From a virus (Duplodnaviria > Caudoviricetes), in the IMG/VR virus record IMGVR_UViG_3300048574_000414, positions 1 to 37,372 of that record: a stretch of DNA of 37,372 bases; one strand, written 5' to 3'. How positions within the stretch are numbered: position 1 is the stretch's first letter; the number at the start of each line of letters is the position of its first letter. Both the position numbers and the translations under genes were made by a program. Below the pieces are notes generated by a model that ran no database searches, was not told where the DNA came from, and saw only the letters and a program-made list of their open reading frames with translations. Positions 1-9,800 of the stretch are shown here, one piece after another.

Positions 1-747
1 TTATTTTATGAGTTTTCCCCAAGTGATAGGCCCGACAATACCGTCTTTTTCAAGTCCATGTTCCTGTTGATATTTCTCTACAGCGGCAAGCGTCTTGGCT
101 CCGAATTCACCGTCCACCTTCAGCGCTGCGCTGTTGGCATTTAAAAGTGTCTGTAGGCGGATCACTGCTGCTCCTTCGCTTCCTATTTTTAGCATAGGAA
201 GGTTTTCCTTCGTTTCTGGCTGCTGTATGCCCCCCACCGTCACACTCGCGCGCTGTTCTTCCGTTAAAAAGTCAACAATAGCCGTGATTTTATCCTTCTT
301 CCAGTTCCATGAACGCACCTTAAAGGGGTTAAGTTTTGAGCGTGTATCGCCCATGAGACCACCACCCAGATAACCAGCGGCGTGGGTCGCGTGTTTATTG
401 CGGTTGGAAAGCTTGTACAATATGATACAAATCGGCTTAATATCCTTCTCCGTAATGTGCTTGCCGCGTTTTGCTCCATAGAGTGCCTCTGTGTAGCTGC
501 CGATATCCTTGATGCCAAACCAATAATACAGCACGTTGATCCAAAACTGCGAGCAATCCGCTTTTTTGTCTATTCGCATGCCGTCGTCGCCATAGGGCAG
601 CCCGATAAATTCCTTTGCGAACTGCACGACGAGATTGGTGCCTGCCGGATAGTCCGCAGCGAATACCTTTTCCACCGCTTTTGCTGTTCTTCCTGCAGGC
701 GCGTTATACCTGAGTACCCGTTGCAATACCTCTTCCTTTGTTACCAT
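1..747 (-). CDS. Endolysin/cell-wall hydrolase: NlpC/P60-like domain plus C-terminal peptidoglycan-binding domain
   Basis: AKEFIGLPYG...ADCSQF...HAAGYLGGG catalytic motifs; C-terminal LKIGSEGAAVIRLQ...VDGEFGAKT...DGIVGPITW PG-binding motif. AGGAGGA RBS favours ATG 747 over 804. Confidence 0.85.
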   Translation of the reverse strand: MVTKEEVLQRVLRYNAPAGRTAKAVEKVFAADYPAGTNLVVQFAKEFIGLPYGDDGMRIDKKADCSQFWINVLYYWFGIKDIGSYTEALYGAKRGKHITEKDIKPICIILYKLSNRNKHATHAAGYLGGGLMGDTRSKLNPFKVRSWNWKKDKITAIVDFLTEEQRASVTVGGIQQPETKENLPMLKIGSEGAAVIRLQTLLNANSAALKVDGEFGAKTLAAVEKYQQEHGLEKDGIVGPITWGKLIK

Positions 748-766
748 TGATCTATTCCTCCTTTTT

Positions 767-1036
767 TTATAATTCTTCATTCTGATTTGGAGAGCTCTCT
801 TCATCGGTAATTTCTTCTATAACTGTGGGTGTGTCACCCCAAACAGTCATAACCGCTGATAAAAATGGGTCATTAAGTTCGGCAGCCAGTTTATTTCTGC
901 CTCTCTCTGTATTGATATATGCGCATCTAATGTTATCTCCAATAGCATACTCAATCTCTTCAATTGTTATATATTTTTGCCTTGCTATGCTAACACTATC
1001 TTTTGTAAGCATATCAATCATTATTTTTTCAAACAT
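767..1036 (-). CDS. Small phage tail-associated protein (possible fibre chaperone)
   Basis: GGAGG RBS, directly after the tail fibre gene, AT-rich like the fibre C-terminus. Confidence 0.6.
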   Translation of the reverse strand: MFEKIMIDMLTKDSVSIARQKYITIEEIEYAIGDNIRCAYINTERGRNKLAAELNDPFLSAVMTVWGDTPTVIEEITDEESSPNQNEEL

Positions 1037-1048
1037 AAATTTGCCTCC

Positions 1049-2395
1049 TTAAGCAGCTTCAGTCGTTCTATAAAACCCTCCAAATTCAACATTAAACGTA
1101 TTAGCTCCTGTTGCAAGTCCTGAATTTCCAGAACCCATAGTAGTATTTACACGACTACTATTAAGATATCTGATTATAAAACCAGGATATGTTGGACTTG
1201 TTGACACTCCACTTATAGTTGCTATATTTGCATTTGCTGTACCAGACGCAACAAAAATTGCAGTTGCGCATTGCCAATGAGCAGGTATATATGGTAACCC
1301 AATAATGTAAAAGTTTCCAGTAGGTGCTGTACCTATGTTAGTTATTGATATTTTGCAATAGAACATAACGATATTGCCAATACGTTCATAATTCCCAGTT
1401 CTAGTTCCATAAGTAAAGCTACCCTGAACAGAATCTCCCTGCAATGATGGTTGCCAATTGCCAGACGTTTTAGGTGTATTACCATTATGCCATACCTCGT
1501 TGCTGTCTATTTTTACAGGGTTAGAAGCCCCAATTGGCACTGAAAACCTTGTTGTTCCATTTAAATCAATTACACACCATACTGCCGATGCTCCAGGACT
1601 GTCCTTTGAGCGTACATTTCCAAATCGATCAAATCTAATACCACTTGCGTTAGCAAAAATAAGAGGGTACCCATCTGGTATAGAAGGAAGCGTTAGGGGC
1701 CCATCCAATGTACCGCCTGAAATAGACAGTTTTGTATTCGCAAAAGTCCTTATTGCTTGTTCCGAAACAATTGCATTATCTCTATTTTCTGCTAATGTGC
1801 CATCATTAGAAAAAATCAGGCCATTTTTAAGTTTTTTAGAATTTTCCCCATCCCATCGGGGAATATATCCGTCAGTATTATTTTCAGGAGCTTCCACATA
1901 TTTGGTGCCATCCGGTGAGATGATACGTGCCAGCGTTCTTTCGTCTGTTATATTCCCAGATGTCAATACGGTGGCATTGGCTGCTATATTGATTTTGGCC
2001 AGGCTGATTTCAAACACATCAGCCGTATTTGTGAGGGCGGGCGTGGCAGGCGTCTCTGCAGGGGATCCTTTTAAAACGGCAAATTTGACGCTTTTATCCG
2101 TTATGCTTTGCCTGATGACGATTCGGTCAATCCGTGGCTGAATGTTTGCCGCATCGAGTGAGATTTTCATAACGCCTGAGTCGTTGTCTTTTAGGTAATA
2201 CCTATAGCCGCGAAGAACCGCTTTGCCGTAATTAACACTAACCGCCATCCCTTCGGCGGCAGCCACCTGCAGGTTTGTCCCTAAAGAAAATACTCCATCG
2301 GTTACGATGCTTCGCAGGTATTCAGCATAGCCGTCGGCGTTATACCGCCCATCTGACATTTCACCTGTGAAAAACCGGCATTCTTCTAACGCCAT
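1049..2395 (-). CDS. Tail fibre/receptor-binding protein with baseplate-anchor N-terminal domain
   Basis: N-terminal ~155 aa paralogous to 4253..4882 (PRIDRIV, SLAKI, ITDER); SGGTLDGPL and VWHNGN fibre motifs; C-terminal YERIGNIVMF...IIGLPY typical of fibre tips. Confidence 0.75.
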   Translation of the reverse strand: MALEECRFFTGEMSDGRYNADGYAEYLRSIVTDGVFSLGTNLQVAAAEGMAVSVNYGKAVLRGYRYYLKDNDSGVMKISLDAANIQPRIDRIVIRQSITDKSVKFAVLKGSPAETPATPALTNTADVFEISLAKINIAANATVLTSGNITDERTLARIISPDGTKYVEAPENNTDGYIPRWDGENSKKLKNGLIFSNDGTLAENRDNAIVSEQAIRTFANTKLSISGGTLDGPLTLPSIPDGYPLIFANASGIRFDRFGNVRSKDSPGASAVWCVIDLNGTTRFSVPIGASNPVKIDSNEVWHNGNTPKTSGNWQPSLQGDSVQGSFTYGTRTGNYERIGNIVMFYCKISITNIGTAPTGNFYIIGLPYIPAHWQCATAIFVASGTANANIATISGVSTSPTYPGFIIRYLNSSRVNTTMGSGNSGLATGANTFNVEFGGFYRTTEAA

Positions 2396-2407
2396 AATTA
2401 CTCCCCC

Positions 2408-4237
2408 TTATATTGTAGTGATCAGGCCGCGGAGCTGCTCGATAGCCTGGCGTAATTTTACACGATCAACACCTCCTCCTGAAGCTGCGGGATTAACCCA
2501 TGTCACGAATATATCAAACAATTCGTTTGTGATGTCCCAGATGTTTATTAGGCTGATAACATCCTGCAGCGCCGCCTGCAGTTCAGAAATGATAGTTATA
2601 TTGCCGATAGGAGTAACGCCGGCTACCATGGGCGTCCAGTTTACCGCAGGTAGTCCATACGCAGCCCGTATATTATTGATCGCCGGGCGCAGATCTGTAA
2701 TATGCCTTGCGCGAATTTTCATTCCGGATGTAGACAGCACCGGATCCGGGGGAGCAAAATCAGCAATTGAAAAAGCCCTGGATACCGAAGCGCTGGAAAG
2801 GAAACTGTCGTACATGGCTGCCGTAAGGCTTAAACTTCCAAGCGCATAGTTACTTGCGGGAGAAAATACAACCTTCTGCGCCGACGAAAGACTATCGGAC
2901 GTACCGCATGAAAACAGGCTGCCGTTAATAGCCGTTGTCTTTTCGCTGCCATCATTAACCTTCAGGATATGCTTCGGGCCGTCATTGGCAGCTCCGGCGG
3001 TTAGTAATACACGGGGCCGGCGGTTATAGACAGTGCTACCGGCCACAGGATAATGGATTACAGGCACGTTCGGTACTGTGTTCATGGTGACAAGGGACGT
3101 GGCAGCGGACCATGCACCGCGAACCCCGCGGGAATCATAGCCCCTTATAAAGAACTTCCATTGGGATCCTTGAGCCCATCCTGTTGTGCTTATTTCTACA
3201 TAAGACGCTGATGCGGATGCGTTTGTGCCAATAATAGTAGGCGATCCATACCAGGCTCCGGATGCATTCTGCATCGCCGCTTCAAACCCGGTAAGGTTGC
3301 CGTCGTTGTCTCCTGTGTTGGTAAACGATACCCGTATTGCTTCACCTGGGACATAGGAGGATTTTGCTACACTGGCACCTGTAGGCTGGTTCGGAGCCCG
3401 GTTCTTGCGCACAGCAGTGCAATACCCGGAATACACGGGATCCGCAAATTCGGATAGTGAGCCCACACGGGCAACAACGTATTTACCGCGCGCCCATGCA
3501 TCGATAATATCATCAGGAATATCATAATACGTGTCCGCTGCGCCTTTGCTTACGCCTATTTCAGCACCCCAGTTTATCCCGTCATCCGAGGCTTTGTAAC
3601 GCACGCTATGCCCGGTTATAGGGTTTAGAGTGCCGTCCGTCCCTTTTTCCCAAGAGATACGCAATGCACCTTCAAACGCAGAAGGGGACAGAGAAACCTT
3701 TTTTGGCATGGTCGGCGCGGTCGGCGGTGTATAAGTGATATTAATCTCGTGATCTGCCGCTGTCGAAGAAAACCTTTTTGCATCGCTGCTTCCGCTGGTA
3801 TCGTTGGGATCCCTGGCAAACTTAATAATATGCGCCGAGCTGTTGTTGTCTATAAGCCACTGGATCAGCGTCTTTATATTAAACGTTCTCGTTCCTGCTG
3901 TGCGTCCCGACAGCGATGCATTTACGACTCCGGCAGACGTTGGATCCGGCTGGTCATTCCATGTAAAGCCTCCTGATACCCAGGACCCGGAGCAAAGAAT
4001 AATGTCTAAATCAATTTCAAGAGACCAGCCATATGTCTCCTGGGCCAGTACAAGGGATGCACTGTCGATACGCGATCCGGGCGGAATTTCGTCGTTTATG
4101 CTGTTAAAATCAAAAAAGCCGTTATTTAACTTACTGCTATCTTGCCTGCCAATGTCGCAAGAACTGGTTTTCTGCTGACTTTTATATTCACTGTCGATTT
4201 CACAAGTATGGATTATGGTTTTAGATAGTGATGCCAT
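2408..4237 (-). CDS. Minor tail protein with N-terminal carbohydrate-binding-like (DNRLRE-type) region and FN3-like repeats
   Basis: IPPGSRIDSASLVL...FTWNDQP...KRFSS pattern; FN3-like segments (ISWEKGTD...YKAS; IRGYDSRGVRGAWS); position in tail module. Confidence 0.65.
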   Translation of the reverse strand: MASLSKTIIHTCEIDSEYKSQQKTSSCDIGRQDSSKLNNGFFDFNSINDEIPPGSRIDSASLVLAQETYGWSLEIDLDIILCSGSWVSGGFTWNDQPDPTSAGVVNASLSGRTAGTRTFNIKTLIQWLIDNNSSAHIIKFARDPNDTSGSSDAKRFSSTAADHEINITYTPPTAPTMPKKVSLSPSAFEGALRISWEKGTDGTLNPITGHSVRYKASDDGINWGAEIGVSKGAADTYYDIPDDIIDAWARGKYVVARVGSLSEFADPVYSGYCTAVRKNRAPNQPTGASVAKSSYVPGEAIRVSFTNTGDNDGNLTGFEAAMQNASGAWYGSPTIIGTNASASASYVEISTTGWAQGSQWKFFIRGYDSRGVRGAWSAATSLVTMNTVPNVPVIHYPVAGSTVYNRRPRVLLTAGAANDGPKHILKVNDGSEKTTAINGSLFSCGTSDSLSSAQKVVFSPASNYALGSLSLTAAMYDSFLSSASVSRAFSIADFAPPDPVLSTSGMKIRARHITDLRPAINNIRAAYGLPAVNWTPMVAGVTPIGNITIISELQAALQDVISLINIWDITNELFDIFVTWVNPAASGGGVDRVKLRQAIEQLRGLITTI

Positions 4238-4252
4238 CTTTGCATCTCCTTA

Positions 4253-4882
4253 TTATTCCTGATAGACTGCGCCTATCACCTTCTGGGCTTCTAATGTCCC
4301 CGTAACAGCAACAGCTGCAAAGGTAGGGGAATCGGTCGTTTTCAAGCCCTGGTTGATATAATTTCTTACGGCAGCCGGTTCGCATAAGCCGCATACGCTA
4401 TTGTTTGACCGCTCATCCGTTATTTTATCCGCGGCGATATTGAGCACACCGGCGCCAACATAAACTTGGGCCAGACTGATTTCATAAATGTTGTCGGCGC
4501 GGGTAAGTGCCGGGGCCGAAGGGCTCGCGGCCGGTGTGCCGGAAAGCACCGCCAGCGTTATTGCCTGGCCGGAAGCGCTTTTATCCAGCCTTGCCACAAT
4601 CCGGTCAATGCGCGGGTTTGAAGAATTCGCTGCAGATATCGGCAAAGTTTTAACTCCTGTGGAATTATCTTTGAGCCAGTATCCATAACCCTGAATCGAT
4701 GCGGCGCCGTACCCCACACTTACAATCATGCCTGTCCCGTTTGCCGATACCTGTAGATTTGTTTCCAGCGAGCAGACGCCATCGGCAAAGTATGTTCTGA
4801 AATATTCGGCAAAGTCGTCCGCCTGATATTCATTTTCCTCGGCCTCGTTATAGTTAAAAAACCTGCTTTTTTCAACAGCCAT
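4253..4882 (-). CDS. Baseplate/structural tail protein
   Basis: RFFN...YQADDFAEYF...NPRIDRIVARLD...YEISLAQV...ITDERSNNSVCG, a typical Firmicute siphophage baseplate protein; follows the Tal-like gene. Confidence 0.75.
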   Translation of the reverse strand: MAVEKSRFFNYNEAEENEYQADDFAEYFRTYFADGVCSLETNLQVSANGTGMIVSVGYGAASIQGYGYWLKDNSTGVKTLPISAANSSNPRIDRIVARLDKSASGQAITLAVLSGTPAASPSAPALTRADNIYEISLAQVYVGAGVLNIAADKITDERSNNSVCGLCEPAAVRNYINQGLKTTDSPTFAAVAVTGTLEAQKVIGAVYQE

Positions 4883-5994
4883 TACCGTATCACCCCAATT
4901 TTTCTTATTTCATCCAATATGGTTTTTTGCTTTTTCCCAAACGTTATTTTGGGCGGATGGTATCCCTTTTCATAAGCCTCCTCGACGCCAGTGATTTGCA
5001 TATCGGCTTCGGCATCTGCTGCCAGGCTTTGTATGGTCACGATATTGCCGAGATCCCAATCCGTCATATATTTAAACGGCCCGGTAGATAGTGTGTCCGC
5101 TGAAAGCGACTTGGAAAGAGCCGAATCCATCAGCTTATACTTGCCTTCATAAATCAGGTCATCCACCATATCGATCGTGCCGCAGTCCAGAAAAGTTTCC
5201 CGTCGTCCCCAGCCCGAAGTGATCGTATCATCTTCATATACCGTTTGTATCAAACGCCCTTCATCTTCACCGGCGCCGCCGGCATAACCCGCGTTATACC
5301 ACTTGCTTTTGTCCACAATGTACTCAGTCTTATCGACATTTGACCATTTGACGCCGAAAATGACGGGGTTTTCACTGGCGGCTGATTTATCTACGGATGG
5401 AATGACGTCGAAAACAAACAGGCCGTTTTCAAGGTCGAGCCTGATTTCATATCCCATGCCCGTTTGCTCACCGATCTCTTTGAATACTGTATCCAGCTGT
5501 TCAAATCGGCTTTGCCAGCGTATAGAAGGGCCGCGGCCTAAATCAGGCGCAATTATAAGCCCCGTAAACTTCCGGTTCGGGTCTGAAGGATTGACCATAT
5601 GCCTGTCAACATAGTGTTTAATTACGCTTTCTGCAGGGGCATCCGGATCAGTCAACGCCGGGTACCTGTCCCAACCATAATACTGGGTATCTGCGATCTG
5701 ATCCGGAATTGTGCGGCGCCAGCTTACTATGCCTTTAAGCTCCATGGCGTAGGCCGTCCAGTCAGCGCCTTTTTTGCTTTCATCCACTTTTATCTTGGTT
5801 ATAATCCCGGCACGCCGGTCATCCAGAAATACTATTCTGTCATCCTGTAGTTCCTTTGCGCCGGTTTTCTTCGGGCTGATATGGATCTCTATGCTACCGA
5901 TTTCCCAAAGTTTTCGGGGCCATTTAATGCTTTCGCAGTTGTCGATCATTGCGAAGGGTACAAAGGATGTATCAATTACTCTTAAATCCGGCAT
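4882..5994 (-). CDS. Siphovirus tail hub/minor tail protein (Gp37-like)
   Basis: Follows the distal tail gene; AGGAGEDEGR, GWGRRETFLD and DWDLGNIVTI motifs. GGAGG RBS supports start at 5994 (MPDLRV), not 6120. Confidence 0.75.
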   Translation of the reverse strand: MPDLRVIDTSFVPFAMIDNCESIKWPRKLWEIGSIEIHISPKKTGAKELQDDRIVFLDDRRAGIITKIKVDESKKGADWTAYAMELKGIVSWRRTIPDQIADTQYYGWDRYPALTDPDAPAESVIKHYVDRHMVNPSDPNRKFTGLIIAPDLGRGPSIRWQSRFEQLDTVFKEIGEQTGMGYEIRLDLENGLFVFDVIPSVDKSAASENPVIFGVKWSNVDKTEYIVDKSKWYNAGYAGGAGEDEGRLIQTVYEDDTITSGWGRRETFLDCGTIDMVDDLIYEGKYKLMDSALSKSLSADTLSTGPFKYMTDWDLGNIVTIQSLAADAEADMQITGVEEAYEKGYHPPKITFGKKQKTILDEIRKIGVIR

Positions 5995-5995
5995 A

Positions 5996-6865
5996 TTACA
6001 TACCTCCGTAACGGCCATATGAAGACAGCATGATTTCTGCTGTCTGTGTGTCGTCTCCTGATAAATACTGCAGCTGGTTTTCTCCCGGATCGAGCTGGAA
6101 CCATTCAGATGAAAGGTCAATATATCCTATGGCGGTTTCAGTGGTGCCGGCCGCGCGCCGGATCGTCACCGCCCGGTTTCCCGGCGTCGCGTCGATGTGC
6201 AGGTTGTCGCCGGCATACAGCGTACGCTTCACCCGAATGTATTCTCCGGTGCTTACTTTGAGTACCTCCGGCCTGGTTGCCGGGCCGGAGATATCGATAA
6301 TTAGGGGAGCTCTTCGGTTACCTCTGTTCAGTATCGTTGTTTTATATCCGATTGAGCCGAATTTTACCGCGCCCATGCGAAGGGGGAAGCGCATGCCTCC
6401 GCCCAGATAGGCCATTTTTGCAAACTCCGGTATCAAATCCCGCCATAGAGCATCCGGGCAGTAAAACACCAGTGGAATGCTCTTAAAATAGCTGCCGGCT
6501 TTGGCGTATTCCTGGGGGCCGCGTTTCACTGCCGCGGGGATCCACCAGGTACCCGTATCATTGGTGTATTCGATGCGCCCCAGATCACCATCCCCATAAA
6601 GCTCCGGGTTTAAAAGTGTTATCAGGTTTTGCCGGTTTTCGTACATGCTTTTTACGGTATCGCCTTTAATATGGATATATACTGTAATCTCCCGGTCAGA
6701 TGTATATTGCCCAATGAGCATATTGCCGTTCTGTCCGGGCGCTTCGGTCGTTATTTGCTGGATATCTTCCGCGCCGATCCCTGAGATTTTCTCAAAGATA
6801 AAAGGCGGTGTCATGGAGAACACCACCTCTTTATTCTTTGGCGTTATAAACCGTACATTCTGCAA
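5996..6865 (-). CDS. Distal tail protein (Dit/phage tail family)
   Basis: Directly after the tape measure gene; FYCPDALW, ILNRGNRRAPLII and WFQLDPGENQL motifs; TTG start. Confidence 0.8.
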   Translation of the reverse strand: MQNVRFITPKNKEVVFSMTPPFIFEKISGIGAEDIQQITTEAPGQNGNMLIGQYTSDREITVYIHIKGDTVKSMYENRQNLITLLNPELYGDGDLGRIEYTNDTGTWWIPAAVKRGPQEYAKAGSYFKSIPLVFYCPDALWRDLIPEFAKMAYLGGGMRFPLRMGAVKFGSIGYKTTILNRGNRRAPLIIDISGPATRPEVLKVSTGEYIRVKRTLYAGDNLHIDATPGNRAVTIRRAAGTTETAIGYIDLSSEWFQLDPGENQLQYLSGDDTQTAEIMLSSYGRYGGM

Positions 6866-6885
6866 GCTTAATCACATCCCTTTGG

Positions 6886-9800
6886 CTATTGATTTGATAG
6901 GTCTTCTATCAGGCGTTCCAGTTCGCGGCTGATCTCCACAGGGCTTTGCACCGGCTGGTTAAATACCAGCTGAATGTTATAGCTTTTTTGCCCGGAGCTT
7001 TGCGAAGCGGAAGAGGCGCCTGTGGTCTGTGCCGTCGCGTTTGTTTGATAAAACTGGTTTGCCGCGGCGGTGGCCACGCTGGCGATCTGCTTTTGGGCGT
7101 CGGTGATTTTCTTAGTGAAGCTTTCAAACCATGTATCGAGATCCCCGACTTTTTTGGTGAAGCCGTCCACGAGCTGCTCGCCGAGGGACTGGCCCGTTGC
7201 GTTGTAATCTGGTGCATAGCCTTTCAGCAAATCGATGATTTGCTGCTGGCTGCTGTTCATAAGGATCCGCTGCGCTTCGGCCTGCAGCTGCTGCTGTTCC
7301 AACAGCTTGTCGTAATATTCATTGGAGGCGTCCAGCTGATCATCTAATTTATCCTGCTCTGCTTTAACCTGGTCGTCGATAGCCGTCATCTGATCCTGCA
7401 GAGCTTCCTTCAGATCCTCCCGAGAGTTGCGCGTAAGCCAGCTGCTCAGCTCATCCTGCGCCTTAGCCAGCTGCTCCTGAAGCTTTTTGCGGTTATATTC
7501 ATCCTGTTCATACTGAAGCTGTTGTTCCAGAGCGGCTATTTTACGGCGTTTCTGGCGCTCCTCCTCGGCGCGGTCTTCATTTTCTGTCAGATCATCAATC
7601 GCGTCGATTTGCTCCTGTATGGCTTCTTTTTGGGCATCACCCCAGTCCTGCCATGCGTCGATGCTATCGTTGATCCTTTTTTCTTCGGCGGCGCGCTGCT
7701 CTTCATAACGGTTCTGCAGGGCTTCGGTAATACCGTCCATCAATCGGTCGATCTGTTCGATATTCGCGTCACGGATCTCCTGCTGCACGTCGTAAAGCTC
7801 TTTTTCGAGATCAATGCGTTCCTCGGTGCCTTTCTTATACTGGCTGATCATTTTTTTCAGCGCGGCTGCCTGCTCTTCCAGCGTCAGCTGTCCATAGTAG
7901 ACCTTCAGGTCATATTCCTGCCTGGCAAGCTCTTTTTTTAGAGAATACAGCTCGGTTTCCATATCCCTGCGCGCCTGAGTACCTTTTTTATATTCCTTCA
8001 GCTCGGTTTCCATAGCGGCGATTTCCTCGCGCAATGTCAGCTGGTCCATGGCCTTCTTATATTCGAGATCCGCTTCAAACTTTTCTTTTCGAAGCGCGTA
8101 AAGCTTTTCAGTGAGATCCCGCTTTTCGTCTGTCGTCTTGGCATATTTTTTTAAGGCTTTTTCAAGGAGATCGATCTCCTGTGCGTAAGTAAGCTGATCC
8201 AGCGACTTCTTATATTCGATCTGGTCGAGCTCCTTCTGTAGGGCTTTGTTTGTCTTGCTGCCGCCACCACCACCGCCGCCACCACCACCGCCGCCACGGC
8301 CTAATCCGCTCGGGAGGTTAACAGCCTGAATCGTTCCGGTTGCATCCATTTTCAGCCCCGCGCCGTCCATGCCTTTCAACCAATTGAGCACATTGGCAAT
8401 CTTTGCTGCTGTAGTGTCTGCAGCGCCCTGGATCGAAACAAATTGGGAAGTATCCGGGTTAAAAGTAACGCCGGAGCTTGCCGCGATGGTGTTCAGCAGA
8501 TTAATAAAAGCGTTTTCGTCATCTGCAATCGCCTGATCGACACTGGCAAGGTCATCGGTTATTTGCGATGTATCAAAACCCGCATCTGTTAATGCGTCAA
8601 CCGCTTCTTTCCACTCTTTTGTACCTTTGGTAGTATTTTTAAGCATATCGACCGCCTTTTTTTGCTGCCCGATATCCCGCATTTCATCTACAAGGTCTTT
8701 CGTGCGGTCGACTGCTTTTTTCCCTCCGGATTCAAAATCATCGAGAACATTATTTATTTCGTCGACCGATCTCTTTGTACGTGCCTCCTGACGTTCTGCG
8801 GCTCGCTGTTCATTGGTCATTTTTTTTAATTCCGCAGCTGTTTTTGTATAATCTTTTGCTAAATCACCAATTACGGAGCCAAGTTTTTCCGCGCCGGGTG
8901 TACCAGCTTTTACAGCATTATTCGCTGTAATCTGTGCGTTAACAAACCCATTGATTAAGGAGCCCGTGAGCGTGTCATACTGGTTCATTTCCCCGGTTGT
9001 AGCAAGCCCTTCATTAATCTTTTGCTTTAACGCCTCAGCCTTGGTAAATGCCTCCTGCTGTGCCGCATCTCCAAGAATTGCATTTAGAATATTATTAATC
9101 ACATCTGTTGATGTAACTGTGTCTGCGCCCTCTGCGCTGCCTAATGCAGCTATCAACTGCCCGCGCAGGGCTGCTATCTTCGGTATGTTTTCAGCCGCTA
9201 TTGTGTTTTCGTCAATGGAAAATAGCTTGTCAATAATACCCTGTATCTGTGCAGGATCAGCAGTTTCAAGATTCATCGCTGCCGTTATGATCATACTTTG
9301 CAATGCGGTGCTAAGTTCTTTCCCGCCAGCCTCCGCCTCTGCAATTTTATCCTGAACGATTGAAAGAATATCAAGCTTTTCGGTCATGGCGCCGAACACA
9401 TCACCTCTTGATATATCACCTTTACTTAAGGCTTCATCAATAGATGCCCATAGGGCACGGATTGGTTCTCCCATTTCAACGGCAACGTCTTTCCCAAATA
9501 AGTTTTCAACGTTGGCTAATAATGCATTTCTGTAATCAAAAAACGTTTGATACGCTTCGGTCTCTGAATGGGCTGCTGCCGATTTTAATTGATCTGTGTT
9601 TTCAAAAGCTTTTTTCCATAGCGAATTAACCCATCCACCCAAAAAACCATAAGCGTCAATACCAGCGTTAAAAGAAGCAGCACCTGTAGAATTTTGCCAA
9701 CCAGCTTCCTTTTCAGCCGCTAAGCCCGCGTTGAACTGCTCCTGCGCTTTTTGCTGTTTCCATAAATCAGCTAATATTTTTGCATCTGTAGCAGCCTCAT

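Noticed and set aside
1049-1500. Diversity-generating retroelement or invertible tail-fibre cassette
   Set aside because: No reverse transcriptase, template/variable repeat pair, invertase or inverted fibre copy seen in the window; one could still lie beyond position 1.
8261-8296. CCG/CCA triplet repeat as a VNTR or phase-variation tract
   Set aside because: Encodes an in-frame poly-Gly linker in the tape measure protein with mixed codons.
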